From: Macrostomum lignano
Taxonomy: Eukaryota
NCBI GenBank assembly: GCA_002269645.1
Contig: NIVC01003250.1
Span: 1 to 64,000 of the forward strand
Length of the DNA stretch: 64,000 nucleotides
Direction: 5' to 3'
Below, piece by piece: positions 12,701 to 25,157 of the stretch. The notes beneath the pieces were generated by a model. The model worked only from the letters and a program-made list of their open reading frames with translations, made no database searches and was not told the origin of the DNA. Every line of letters starts with the position of its first letter. The stretch's first letter is position 1. A program made the position numbers and the translations under genes.

Positions 12701-13779
12701 TGAGAGAATTCCACCAAGGCCCACATGTAAATCCACATAGACTCTCAGAAGTCCACCTCAACTCAAAGACCCGCAAAATCTGCTCAGAAAGCTCAAACAC
12801 GGCTAATATCCACCCCCAGTGCTGCACCTGAAACCGGACGTTGCCGGAGCCACCTTCATGGCGGCGGGCAGCTCGGCACCGGAGCTGTTCACCTCCGTCA
12901 TCGGGGTGTTTCTCACGCAGAGTGACGTCGGTGTCAGCACCATTGTGGGGAGCGCCGTGTTTAACCTGCTGTTCATTGTCAGCCTGTGCGGCCTTTTTGC
13001 TACTCAGGTGAGGGAAGGGAGAGCGGATGCAGGGCAGAGAGTAGATGCAGGGCAGAGAGTAGATGCAGGGCAGAGAGTAGATGCAGGGCACGGAGTAGAT
13101 GCAGGGCAGAGAGTAGATACAGGGCACAGAGTAGATGCAGGGCACAGAGTAGATGCAGGGCACAGAGTAGATGCAGGGCACAGGTAGATGCAGGGCAGAG
13201 AGTAGATGTAGGGCACAGAGTAGATGCAGAGAAAGAGTAGATAGAGGGGAGAGAGTGGATGCAGGTGTGAGGATAGATGCAGGGAAGAGAGTAGATGCAG
13301 GGCAGAGAGTGGATGCAGAGAAAGAGTAGATGCAGGGAAGAGAGTGGATGCAGGGGTGATAATAGATGCAGGGAAGAGAGTAGATGCAGGGCGGAGAGTG
13401 GATGCAGAGAAAGAGTAGATGCAGGGAAGAGAGTGGATGCAGGGGTGATAATAGATGCAGGGAAGAGAGTAGATGTAGGGCAGAGAGTGGATGCAGGTGT
13501 GAGAATAGATGCATGAAAGAAAGTAGATGCAGGGCAGAGAGTGGATGCAGCGAAAGAGTAGATGCAAGGGAGAGATAGAGTCGATACTGAGTAGAGACAG
13601 AGTAGTTTAGAGTAAAAAGGGCTGCAGGAGCAGGAGGAAAGGAGACTGGATCATGAGTTCGCAGTTGCATCCTGGATCCTGGCTACAGGAATTTGAAAAC
13701 TGAAGCCAACCAGCATTAATATCGGAGGCTCTGCCCCGGAAAGATAAGAGACTGGGGTAGGGACGCACAAATACGGAAG

Positions 13780-13855
<76 letters not shown>

Positions 13856-16800
13856 GATTGAAAGCAGTACAAATGGATTGCCGGAGTTAAGAGTACATAT
13901 TTCTGAAGTACTAAGTAAGGTAGTGTACTTTTTAACAGTTGGTGTTTTTATTCAACCATAAAAATTGTAAAAACTATTGCAGATAATATTTCTATCTTGG
14001 TGGCCAATAGTTCGAGACTGCAGCTATTACAGTCTCAGCGTGGTCAGCCTCATTCTAGTCATCTACGATGAGAAAGTGCACTGGTGAGTGTCTGGCGTTC
14101 ATGAACGATTAAATAGAATGGATTGCTAATCTAGCTTACATCATGGATGCAGGAATAGAATGGATTGCTAATCTAGCCAACATCATGGATGCAGGAATAG
14201 AATGGATTGCTAATCTAGCCTACATCATGGATGCAGGAATAGAATGGATTGCTAATCTAGCCTACATCATGGATGCAGGAATAGAATGGATTGCTAATCT
14301 AGCCTACATCATGGATGCAGGAATAGAATGGATTGCTAATCTACTCTACTTGGATGAATGGCTATAAGAAAATAGGTGACAAAGAAGGTGAGCCGTCCCC
14401 CACCCCAACCGGTCACCAGGTACGAGGCTGCCGCCCTCCTCATGCTGTACGCCATGTACATAGTCATCATGTACTTTAACGAGAGCATCGACCAGTGGAT
14501 CGCGGAGCGCTGGCCCAACCTGGCAACTGGCGGCAACCAGCGGCTGCGCAAGGCCGGCGGTCCAGCGGCCAAGGCAACGGCCGCCAGCAGCAACGGGTCG
14601 CACCGGGGCGGCCCAGCGGCGGCTTCCGGGCTGGTCAGCTTGCAGGACTTCGGGCCGCCGGCGGCCAAGCGTTCGGCGATGAGCGGGAAAACAGGAGCTG
14701 CCTATTGGCACCTGCGGGACCTGGGTTGGTGGGAGATTTATGGGAGTTTGATCAGGTTTACATGTATCCATTAACAGATTAACAAATGTAATGTTAGGAG
14801 GCAGAGCACATACTTTCTACAGAAGACGAGCAGGCAGAGGAGCTTGACGACTCCGATTTCGCTGCTGGCAACTCGTCCTCGGAGGTGATGAGGCCGCTGC
14901 TGGATGGCTGCTCATCCTCACCATCGGCGGCGGCTGCTACCGCGGTGCAGATGACTGAAGTCGACCTTCAGCAGCCAGCTGACGGAATGGGCATTGAGGT
15001 GTCCGCAGGTTCGTTCACCAGCTTTATCCGTCATTATGAATTATGGAGTGAAAAGGCAGCTGGAATGACTTAGGGAGTGACAAGAAAAGAACCCTGATCA
15101 TGATTAGGGAGTGACAAGAAGAGAGCCCTGATCATGCTTAGGGAGTGACAAGAAGAGAGCCCTGATCATGATTAGGGAGTGACAAGAAGAGAGCCCTGAT
15201 CATGCTTAGGGAGTGACAAGAAGAGAGCCCTGATCATGCTTAGGGAGTGACAATAAGAGAGCCCTGATCATGATTAGAGAGTGACAAGAAGAGAGCCCTA
15301 ATCATGATTAAGGAGTGACAAGGAGAGAACCCTGATCATGATTAGAGAGTGACAAGAAGAGAGCCCTGATCATGATTAGGGAGTGACAAGAAGAGAGCCC
15401 TAATCATGATTAGGGAGTGACAAGGAGAGAACCCTGATCATGATTAGGGAGTGACAAGAAGAGAACCCTGATCATGATTAAGGAGTGAAAATAAGAGATC
15501 CCTAATCATGATTAAGGAGTGACAAGAAGAGAGCCTTGATCATGATTAGGGAGTGACAAGAAGAGAGCCCTAATCATGATTAAGGAGTGACAAGAAGAGA
15601 TCCTTAATCATGATTAAGGAGTGACAAGAAGAGAGCCTTGATCATGATTAGGAAGTGACAAGAAGAGAACCCCCTGATCATGATTAAGGAGTGACAAGAA
15701 GAGATCCCTAATCATGATTAAGGAGTGACAAGGAGAGAACCCTGATCATGATTAGAGAGTGACAAGAAGAGAGCCCTAATCATGATTAAGGAGTGACAAG
15801 AAGAGAACCCTAATCATGATTAAGGAGTGACAAGAAGAGATCCCTAATCATGATTAAGGAGTGACAAGAAGAGAACCCTAATCATGATTAAGGAGTGACA
15901 AGAAGAGATCCCTAATCATGATTAAGGAGTGACAAGAAGAGAACCTTGATCATGATTAGGGAGTGGCAAGAAGAGAGGCCTAGAGGACCATGTATTTGCA
16001 TTGAGAGTTATAAGGCAGCTGGGTTGAATTGGGAGTGACAAGAAAGGCGCAATCGGAATTAGATAGTGACAAGAAAGGCGTAATCGGAATTAGATAGTGA
16101 CAAGAAAGGCGTAATCGTAATTAGATAGTGACAAGACTGCATAAATCGTTGAGTGACCAGAGCGCGAACAACTCCAGGCTACGAATCTCCGCTGGAGTTT
16201 CCCAGCGGGTGGCTCCATCGAGCGTACTGGTGCGCCACGTTGCCATGGACGCTGCTGTTCATGGCAACCATTCCGGATTGTCGGAGGCCCGGCCGCTGGA
16301 GGCAGATGTTCTTCCTGACTCTGCTGAACAGCATCCTGTGGATTGGTGGGATGAGCTACTTGCTGGTGTGGATGGTCTGCACGATAGGTGCGAATCACCT
16401 TGATAATCACACTGATAATTGATTATCACCATAATAATCACCTTGATGACTCACCTTGATAATCACACTGACGATTGATTATCACCTTAATAATCACCTT
16501 GATGACTCACTTTGGTAATCACCTTGGTGATTCTCTTTCTAATGACCATAATAATCACTTTGTTACTCACCCTAATACTCACTTTGATTATCATCTTGAT
16601 AACCCCCTCGATAATCACCTTGATAATAAATAACTCTGATAATCACCTACAAACATCAGGTAACTAACTCCGATAATCAGACTGATAATCACCTAAAAAC
16701 AACAACAGACTCGCTTTAATAATGACTCGTCCATTGTGAATTTCAGGCGACACCCTGGGCATACCGGATACAGTGATGGGGCTCACCATACTGGCAGCCG

Positions 16801-18581
16801 GTACCTCTGTCCCGGATGCCCTGGCCAGTGTGTTCGTTGCTAGGGATGGTAAGAGTGCATTTCTATCTCCCCCGAATCCCCCCCAAATCCCTCGAATACC
16901 AAGTCTTCCCCTCGGCGAGTCTTACGAGCTACCCTCATATTCTTCCCTTTTCCAAATATTCCCCTTCCCGAATCTTCCCCTTCCCGAATCTTCCCCTTCC
17001 CGAATCTTCCCCTTCCCAAATCTTCCCCTTCCCGAATCCTCCCCTTCCCGAATCTTCCACTTCCCAAATCTTCCCCTTCCCGAATCCTTTCCTTCCAAAA
17101 TCCTCCCCTTCCCGAATTTCCCCTTCCCAAATCTTCCCCTTCCCGAATCCTCCCCTTCCCGAATCCTCCCCTTCCCGAATTTCCCCTTCCCAAATCTTCC
17201 CCTTCCCGAATCCTCCCCTTCCCGAATCTTCCCCTTCCCAAATCTTCCCCTTCCCGAATCCTCCCCTTCCCGAATCTTCCCCTTCCCAAATCTTCCCCTT
17301 CCCGAATCTTCCACTTCCCAAATCCTCCCCTTCCCAAATCCTCCCCTTCCCGAATCTTCCCCTTCCCGAATCCTACCCTTTCCGAATCTTCCCTCTCACG
17401 AATCTTCCTTCTCACGAATCTTCCCCTTCCCGAATCTTCCACTTCCCGAATCTTCCACTTCCCGAATCTTCCACTTCCCGAATCTTCCACTTCCCGAGTC
17501 TTTCACTTCCCAAATCCTCCCCTTCCCGAATCTTCCCCTTCCCGAATCTTCCACTTCCCAAATCCTCCCCTTCCCGAATCTTCCCCTTCCCGAATCTTCC
17601 ACTTCCCAAATCCTCCCCTTCCCGAATCTTCCCCTTCCCGAATCTTCCCCTTCCCGAATCCTACCCTTCCCGAATCTTTCACTTCCCAAATCCTCCCCTT
17701 CCCGAATCTTCCCCTTCCCGAATCTTCCCCTTCCCGAATCTTCCCCTTCCCGAATCCTACCCTTCCCGAATCTTCCACTTCCCAAATCCTCCCCTTCCCG
17801 AATCTTCCCCTTCCCGAATCTTCCCCTTCCCGAATCCTACCCTTCCCGAATCCTACCCTTCCCGAATCTTCCACTTCCCAAATCCTCCCCTTCCCGAATC
17901 TTCCCCTTCCCGAATCCTACCCTTTCCGAATCTTCCCTCTCACGAATCTTCCTTCTCACGAATCTTCCCCTTCCCGAATCTTCCACTTCCCGAAACTTAC
18001 ACTTCCCGAATCTTCCACTTCCCGAAACTTACACTTCCCGAATCTTCCACTTCCCGAGTCTTTCACTTCCCGAGTCTTCCACTTCCTGAATCTTCCCATT
18101 CCCAAATCCTCCCTTTTTCGAATGTTCATCTTCCCAAATCCTCCTTAATGAGTTTTTTAATAAAAATTCTCATGAATTTCTTTCTTGCTCTCAATTGAGC
18201 ATTGCTTCGTCAGGAACCTCTATTAAAATACAACACTTGCTCGCAGGCTTCGGAGACATGGCGGTGTCCAACAGCGTCGGCAGCAACGTATTCGACATCC
18301 TGCTGGGCCTCGGGCTGCCCTGGTTCATCGGCGCGGCAGTTCGCAGCAGTCCGGGCGGCGCGGTGTCAATCAGTTCGGCCGGCCTGACCTACTCATCGGT
18401 GGTGCTGCTGTCCACCGTGCTGCTGCTGCTCACATCCGTGTACGCCAATAAGATGAAGCTGGACAAGAAGCTGGGCCTAGCCTGCCTACTGCTATACCTG
18501 CTCTTCATCACTGTATCCGTGCTATTTGAGACAAACGTATTCGCTCAACTGAACCCGCCGCCGTGTGCAAGGAAGCAGTGA
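9713..18581 (+). CDS. NCKX: K+-dependent Na+/Ca2+ exchanger (NCKX, SLC24 family)
   Basis: Exons 9713-9860, 12076-12324, 12820-13007, 13983-14083, 14420-14724, 14823-15008, 16178-16387, 16747-16848, 18247-18581 join in phase with GT-AG. Motifs: [14 protein letters not shown], alpha-1 [17 protein letters not shown], alpha-2 [17 protein letters not shown], and [23 protein letters not shown], which retains the Asp linked to K+ dependence in NCKX proteins. The donors at 14725 and 15009 are the least certain. Confidence 0.93.
9882..10265. repeat. 33-nt minisatellite, NCKX intron 1
   Basis: TGCTACCTGGTTATGACCTGACCGGAGCCATGT units; spurious [14 protein letters not shown]. Confidence 0.95.
11392..11985. 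repeat. 16-nt minisatellite (TTATCCCTGAGGTACA), NCKX intron 1
   Basis: Near-perfect array grading into TTATCCCTGAGCTAAA at the 3' end. Confidence 0.97.
12350..12700. repeat. Degenerate ~20-nt repeat (GAGACCCACATGAATCCACC), NCKX intron 2
   Basis: Direct inspection. Confidence 0.8.
13020..13580. repeat. 18-nt minisatellite (GAGTAGATGCAGGGCAGA), NCKX intron 3; followed by (GA)n at 13783-13850
   Basis: Direct inspection. Confidence 0.92.
14113..14345 (+). repeat. 42-nt minisatellite, family with core GGAATAGAATGGATTGCTAATCT, NCKX intron 4
   Basis: About 5.5 copies; the same unit occurs inverted at 36497-37016. Confidence 0.95.
15068..15975. repeat. 34-nt minisatellite containing the palindrome TAATCATGATTA, NCKX intron 6
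   Basis: GGGAGTGACAAGAAGAGAGCCCTGATCATGATTA; units start at 15073 and 15107. Confidence 0.95.
16395..16700. repeat. Degenerate GATAATCAC repeat, NCKX intron 7
   Basis: Direct inspection. Confidence 0.7.
16865..18150. repeat. ~16-nt pyrimidine-rich minisatellite (TTCCCGAATCTTCCCC), NCKX intron 8
   Basis: Direct inspection; source of several spurious long ORFs. Confidence 0.95.
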
Positions 18582-19284
18582 AGCCACGCTGACTACTTGG
18601 AGTGGTATAGGATGCAGCACTCTACAATTTTCGAAAGGCTATTTTTCTTAGAAATTGCACTTCTAATAAACATGTCCAGAAAACAGGAATTGACACGCGA
18701 GTGGCCCGCTGCCTCCCATATGCGGCAGCCAATATTCTATTGCGATAATTTCGGTGACATTGTCCCACAACCAATTCTGCCCATTTTGCTGACTTTGTAC
18801 ACAGACACGCACTCATACACACGCTCACACAGGATGTAACATCGGCCCTGACTTCCTAATTGAGGATTCGATGATGAGTAATCGCATTGTTTTTCAACCA
18901 GACAGTTTCAAACAAGAAATAATGCAAATAAGTGACCCGGCCTTTGTAACTAACTGATCGTTGCACGATTCTGAAGAGCTGGATTCGACTCTCGATCTAA
19001 TCTAATAAGTTGCTTTGATGTTGCAACTAGAAAAAAAGAAGTTGATCACAATTTTTATTAATTTTAGTTCTTTATTTCGAGTCACTCGATTGCTAATTTT
19101 ATAATGTACTTGTATTTTCTCAGAAACAAAGCATAAATACATGATTAGTTTGATTCATATGATTACCTTACAAGTAAAATAGCTCAGCTACGAGTATTTT
19201 TTCGTTTTCGGTAGAACTCTAACAATTTTTTTGTGAATACTGATCGCTGATCAGTACTCGTATTCTGATAGTGATTTTGTGTAA

Positions 19285-20030
19285 GTTGGGAAAATGAATT
19301 CCCAAATATGTGAATAATGAGTTCCCAAAGATGTGAATAATGAGTTCCCAAAGATGTGAATAATGAGTTCCCAACGATGTAAATAATGAGTTCCCAAAGA
19401 TGTGAATAATGAGTTGCCAAAGATGTGAATAATGAGTTGCCAAAGATGTGAATAATGAGTTGCCAAAGATGTGAATAATGAGTTGCCAAAGATGTGAATA
19501 ATGAGTTCCCAAAGATGTGAATAATGAGTTCCCAACGATGTAAATAATGAGTTCCCAAAGATGTAAATAATGAGTTGCCAAAGATGTGAATAATGAGTTG
19601 CCAAAGATGTGAATAATGAGTTCCCAAAGATGTGAATAATGAGTTCCCAAAGATGTGAATAGTGAGTTCCCAAAGATGTGAATAGTGAGTTGCCAAAGAT
19701 GTGAATAATGAGTTGCCAAAGATGTGAATAATGAGTTGCCAAAGATGTGAATAATGAGTTCCCAAAGATGTGAATAATGAGTTCCCAAAGATGTGAATAG
19801 TGAGTTCCCAAAGATGTGAATAGTGAGTTCCCAAAGATGTGAATAGTGAGTTGCCAAAAATTTAAATAATGAGTTCCCAAAGATGTGAATAATGAGTTGC
19901 CAAAGATGTGAATAATGAGTTGCCAAAGATGTGAATAATGAGTTGCCAAAGATGTGAATAATGAGTTGCCAAAGATGTGAATAATGAGTTGCCAAAGATG
20001 TGAATGAGAAGTTGCCAAAGATGTGAATTA
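19285..20030. repeat. 23-nt minisatellite (GATGTGAATAATGAGTTCCCAAA)
   Basis: Period 23 (19330, 19353). Confidence 0.95.
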
Positions 20031-20649
20031 CAACTTGTACTTGCCAGAGAAGTACAACGTGAGACTAAACTATAGCTTCAAATTTATGCAAGACTTTGCA
20101 CAGACAGACTGCACTGCAGATAAGAATATGCATTAAAGTTCAAGACGCACTTTAACTTGACTGACGCAAAAGCAATTCTGGCGCAAGAGTCAATGCCATT
20201 TCGCAAGCCAAGCCACCCGCTCAAAATTCGGGAAAAGTGCAAGAATGGGCGGCTTCTTGCGTCGAGCTTTAAGCCAAGTCCGAGCCAACAAACAAGGCAG
20301 GCCTTAGACATCTTGCTCGCAGCCTGTCGCTCCCATAGTCTATGGCTGAACTAGCGGCGGTCCGCCGGCGAAAGGGCCCAAGCAGAACTCTACTAGCGAG
20401 CCAAAGCCCCAGTGCCAGGCAGCAGCTCAGAGCCCTCCTCAAGCCCCTAGCTAGCAATCGCAGTTTTAGTGTTTCATCTTCAACGCAAGGCAACTCTTCC
20501 ATTCCTAGGCAGAATTTCGCTGCTAATTAGGGGCCTTAAATTGTACCTACGCATTCGAGCCTTGCCGTTATCTTCAAGTTGCCTGAGCTGAGCGCAGAAT
20601 TTGTTTACTACTTTTTGGAATCGACAATCTTACTTGACTTCAAAGCAAG

Positions 20650-22068
20650 ATGACCGCCAGTCCAGCGTCGACTTCATCGTTAAGCGACATCAGCCAGATT
20701 CGCGGCGATTCAAGCGACAGTCACAGCGGCAGCGGTGCAGCCGGCGGCGGGGGTGGCAGCGGAAGCGGAAGCGGCGGAGGCGGCGCGTCCGGGGCCGTCG
20801 GTGGCACCAGCGGTAGCGCCGGCAGCGCCACGGTCTGCTTCCAGCAGGTGGACGAAGAGCGTCGCCGATCTGAGCAGCTTCGAAAGCTCTTCGTCGGCGG
20901 CCTGGCGCCTTTCGTCAGCGACGACCAGCTGAACGAATTCTTCGCCGACTTCGGCGAAATCACGGACGTCGTGGTGATGAAGGACAACAAGACTGGCCGG
21001 TCGCGCGGGTTCGGCTTTGTCACCTACCGCGAGCCCGAGATGGTGGACGCCGCGCAGGCTGCCAGGCCGCATGTGCTGGGCGGCAAGCAGGTGGAGACGA
21101 AGCGGGCGATGCCGCGCGAAGATTCTGACAAGCCGGAGGCGCACATGACCGTCAAGAAGCTCTTCGTTGGCGCGCTGAAGAAGGATGTGACCTCGGAAGA
21201 CCTGCGCGACTACTTTGGCCAGTTCGGCAACGTGGAAGAGGCCGAGGTCATGACCTGGAAGGAAACTGGCGAGAGTCGCGGCTTCGGCTTTGTCACATTC
21301 GACGACTACGACCCCGTGGACAAGTGCATCCTGTACAAGCCGCACAGCATCGGTTCCTCGCGGGCCGACGTGAAGAAGGCGCTCAGCAAGGAGGAGATGT
21401 CCAAGGTGAAGGCCAAGCAGGAGCAGCAGAAGTTCACCGGCTCGCCGTTCTCGCCAGGCGCCGCTGCCGCCATCAAACTGGCCGCCGCTGGCCAGTCCGC
21501 CGCCGCTGCCGCCGCCGCCGCCGCTGCAGCCGCAGCGAATTTGAACGGCGGGACGTCTCAGCAGCCGCAGCCGCCGCAGCCGCAGCCGTCGCAGCAGGTG
21601 AGCCACCACCAGCAGGCACCTCCGCCGCAGCAGCCGCCAGTGTACTACCCGGCTGCCGCGTACTACGGCCACCCGCACCCGCTGCAGCATCATCTGCATC
21701 ATCAGCAGCAACAGCAGCAGCAGCAGCTCGGCGGCGGAGGCGGCTTCGCCTATCCGATGCCGCACGCCGCCATGCCGCCAGCGATGTTCGGCGGTCCAGC
21801 CGCCCCGGCCGACTGCCTGATGAGCCCCTACGCCCTGCACGCTGCGGCGGTGGCCGCGGCCGCAGCCGCTGCATCTCGCGGCGGTGGCAGCGGTGGAGGC
21901 GGCATTTCCAACGGCATTGGTGGCTACGGCAACGGCGGCGGCGCTCAGGTGCCGTGCCCGCCGCCCGGAGGCTTCCATTTTCCGGCGATTTTCCACGCGG
22001 AGCCGCAGGCGCCGGTGCCCGGCCTGGAGTTCGTGGGCGCCCAGCGGTGGAACGAAGTCTGCCAGTGA
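20650..22068 (+). CDS. HNRNPA1: hnRNP A1/A2-type RNA-binding protein, two RRMs, single-exon CDS (472 aa)
   Basis: EQLRKLFVGGL...GRSRGFGFVTY...VETKRAMPRED...AHMTVKKLFVGAL...SRGFGFVTFDDYDPVDK...DVKKALSKEEM matches the hnRNP A (UP1) layout. The C-terminus is Ala/Gln/His/Pro-rich. The symbol denotes the family, not orthology. Confidence 0.9.
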   Translation: MTASPASTSSLSDISQIRGDSSDSHSGSGAAGGGGGSGSGSGGGGASGAVGGTSGSAGSATVCFQQVDEERRRSEQLRKLFVGGLAPFVSDDQLNEFFADFGEITDVVVMKDNKTGRSRGFGFVTYREPEMVDAAQAARPHVLGGKQVETKRAMPREDSDKPEAHMTVKKLFVGALKKDVTSEDLRDYFGQFGNVEEAEVMTWKETGESRGFGFVTFDDYDPVDKCILYKPHSIGSSRADVKKALSKEEMSKVKAKQEQQKFTGSPFSPGAAAAIKLAAAGQSAAAAAAAAAAAAANLNGGTSQQPQPPQPQPSQQVSHHQQAPPPQQPPVYYPAAAYYGHPHPLQHHLHHQQQQQQQQLGGGGGFAYPMPHAAMPPAMFGGPAAPADCLMSPYALHAAAVAAAAAAASRGGGSGGGGISNGIGGYGNGGGAQVPCPPPGGFHFPAIFHAEPQAPVPGLEFVGAQRWNEVCQ

Positions 22069-23822
22069 GTCTTCAGAGATAAATAATTCATTTTTTCGGA
22101 CAGTACGCAGCTGGTGAGAGGGAAGGGGAGCAGCGATTTTATTTCCTTTTTCAAATTCTCTTTTCTCAATGCCAGTCAATTAGACTCAGGTACTTTTTTA
22201 TAACTGGCTTCACTCCGGAGACAATTCAATCGCATTTATTACTATCAGTAGCCAATTATCAGCTTGACGTCAGAATTTAGCAATATGCCATCATTTCTAA
22301 AAAAATTTCTCGTCGCCCATTGTCGCTTTGCTTTAATTTTTAAAATTATTTTATTTTCCTGGAATTTGCTCTCAAAGTCGAGGGTTGGCGACCGGTCAAG
22401 CTAGCCTTAAATAATTTCAGCTAATTTTAGTCGCCATGACAACAATGTGGAACGTGAAATGCTATTACAATTTTTCGTCTATCCAGCATTGGTTTGTGAT
22501 AAAAATTTCTACTTAATTGCTGTATTATTTTGTAAAACCCATTCGAATCACTGGGTGCATGCGTTTTATATTTTGCAGTTAATTGCACGTCAGACTTGCT
22601 TTCATTTTAAATTTTACTACCCAAGCCAAAAAATAGCCCATAGCATCATAGCTAGTTAGCTTCTATGGCTACTTTTAGTAGAGTAGTATAACTTTTATAT
22701 TGAATTTCTTCCCAAAAATAGTTTGTATCAGCTTTATGTTGCACCATTTCCCACCAAAACAAGTCGTTATAAAATATTCAATTCCAAGCATTTTAGACTT
22801 AGCTTAGCTACCGTATATTCTTCTCAATTTGTGTGTAACTCAGCCTCCGTTTTAAGTTTGAATTATTTTCGTTTTTTGTTTTCTTTTAGTAGCCAATAAC
22901 CAATACGATTTTAAGCTAAACAGAGCGACTCCGTACGCTTAATATACAAGCAAATATTGCCTGCAGTCCCTACTCTACAGTCCTAAGGAATTTAACCCTT
23001 TGACTTTTTGTTTGATTATTTACATTTTTTACTTTGCGTAAAACTAAAGCCGGCAAGTTAGTGCTAACAATTATTCAAAAACAAACGAACCAGGACTTGA
23101 AAATGAAATCAAGAAATAAATAAAGCAAATTAAAAATGAAATTAAAAAATCAAATCAACAAAATAAAACAAAGAAAGGAAATTAGGAAATTAAATAAAAA
23201 ATAAATAAATTATAAAAAATGAAACTAAGGGACTAAATTAGGAAGTAAGATAATAAATGAAATTGAAAAATAAAAATAAAGCAATAAAACTAATAAATTG
23301 TATTTATTATAGACCTCAAAGTCGGTGGGTAAACAGGAACTTAAAATCCCACCCTTGCTATACCACCAATTGTAAAAAAGTCTCCAACTCGCAAACGGAA
23401 TCGGAATTTCACCGCTGCTCAACAATTGTAACGGGGGTAAAAGGATGGTGACGTTCCGGCTTTAAATCCGACCTAATGCCACCAAATGTAAAGGTTTAAA
23501 ATATGTTTGACTTCTACTACTACGAGTAGAGGCTCCTGGCCTAAACTGGGATTTTAGAAAAAGAACAGACCTGACAAAGACCTGGAAAATCGGCTAATTG
23601 TCTTGCCTGAAATCTAAGCGGAGACAGGATAAATGCCACGCCGTGACTCGATCACTACCTGTTTATCCAAAAGTAGGCTAAACGTCTCCGGACTTTTAAC
23701 CGGGAATGACTCGGCGTCTGACACAATTCCTAATGGGCTAATTGTCCCCGAACTCTAAAATTGTCTAGTCAGAACTGCAGGCCCTATTTCCGGCGACACT
23801 TGTCCTAAATAACTTAGGATAG

Positions 23823-25157
23823 CGACGTTTGCCTGCGGGACGTTTGTCAGCCGACATTTGCCTGCGGGGCGTTTGCCAGCCAACGTTTGCCAGCGGGACG
23901 ATTGCCAGCCGACGTTTGCCAGCCGATGTTTGCCGGCCGACGTTCGCCTGCGGGACGTTTGCCAGCTGACGTTTGCCAGCCGACGTTTTCCTGCGGGACG
24001 TTTGCCTGCGGGACGTTTGCCAGCCGACGTTTGCCAGCGGGACGTTTGCTAGCCCGTTTGCTAGCCCGTTTGCTAGCCGACGTTTGTCAGCGGGACGTTT
24101 GCCAGCCGACGTTTGCCAGCCGACGTTTGCCAGCGGGACGTTTGCTAGCCCGTTTGCTAGCCGACGTTTGTCAGCCGACGTTTGCCAGCCGACGTTTGCC
24201 AGCCGACGTTTGCCAGCCGACGTTTGCCAGCCGACGTTTGCCAGCCGACGTTTGCCAGCCGACGTTTGCCTGCGGGACGTTTGCCAGCCGACGTTCGCCA
24301 GCCAACATTAAGTCAGTGAGTGAAAAATTTGATACTGAAATATTCGCAGTTAAGCGGATTGAAAAAAACGTTTTTTTAGTCCAACTTTTTGACGGTTATT
24401 CGCATGTATAAAAGTTCGGAAACAAAATCTATACAAATTATGCAGTTCATCAATCTAGCATCTAGTTTAACAACAATTTCTTTGAATGTGAAAATATTAT
24501 AGTTTAGTTCTGACAGCTTTGTATTGCTTTCCCAGTTTGAGATGTTTGATTTTTGACTTGCGAATGAAGACACGCAAATTTAAACGGGAATCTCCAGCGA
24601 GCCAAGTTTTGAGCAAATAAAAGATCTGCTGAACGATAGTTCTGGCTTATATATTTCCCAGTTCATTGGGAGATCCAAAAGTAAGCGAATTAATTCCAAT
24701 GCAGCTTTTCAAGTGCACGCTGTCATGGCCAAACTCCGTGAAGTAGAGTTTAGCTTTCGAGTTAAGTATGTATAGGCGAGACTAAGCAAGCCAATACCAT
24801 TATGGATGTCTCAGTCTTTTCCCATTTAGCTTGTAAACACTTAGCTTTTTTGGCCACTGAGATGAAAAGGGCCATTCCATGGCATACATAGACATCAACT
24901 GTGACGATGGAAACTCCTATTTTGTACTTTTACCTTTATATTTAGGCAGACAAGAGCAATAACTTCAATAAGCCTGAGCAGTAGTTTGTTAGTAACCTGT
25001 ATATTTAATAGCAGTAGTAGGTAGCGAGGTGGAATTAGATTAGTGCGATGTCCACAGTTTTCAAATGCAAGTACATGTAAGCCTAGAGAGGGTGTACTTC
25101 TTTAACCAATTGCCGCCTGCAAACGTCTCGCAGGCAAACGTCGGCTGGCAAACGTCG
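23823..25157. mobile_element. Foldback-like element: CGACGTTTGCCAGC minisatellite on the left (23823-24303) and an inverted copy on the right (25119-25157)
   Basis: The reverse complement of 25119-25157 matches 24246-24284 at 38/39. The ~800-bp interior has no recognisable ORF. Confidence 0.55.

Noticed and set aside
16773-18198. Long ORFs of 438 and 460 aa, and other repeat-derived ORFs (19184-20018, 29880-30644, 37556-38336, 42454-43702, 12690-13670)
   Set aside because: They are translations of intronic or intergenic tandem repeats, open in several frames; only the short exon portions are coding.
20710-22179. 489-aa antisense ORF over the hnRNP gene (likewise antisense ORFs over EGFR, TIR and NCKX exons)
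   Set aside because: Shadow frames of GC-rich coding sequence with no recognisable motifs.
22992-23004. piggyBac-like TTAA-CCCTT end (also TTAACCCTCC at about 6555)
   Set aside because: No matching opposite terminus was found in the window.
23427-23799. Possible solo LTR (TGTAACG...GGCGACA)
   Set aside because: No target-site duplication (CAAT vs CTTG) and no second copy, PBS or PPT.
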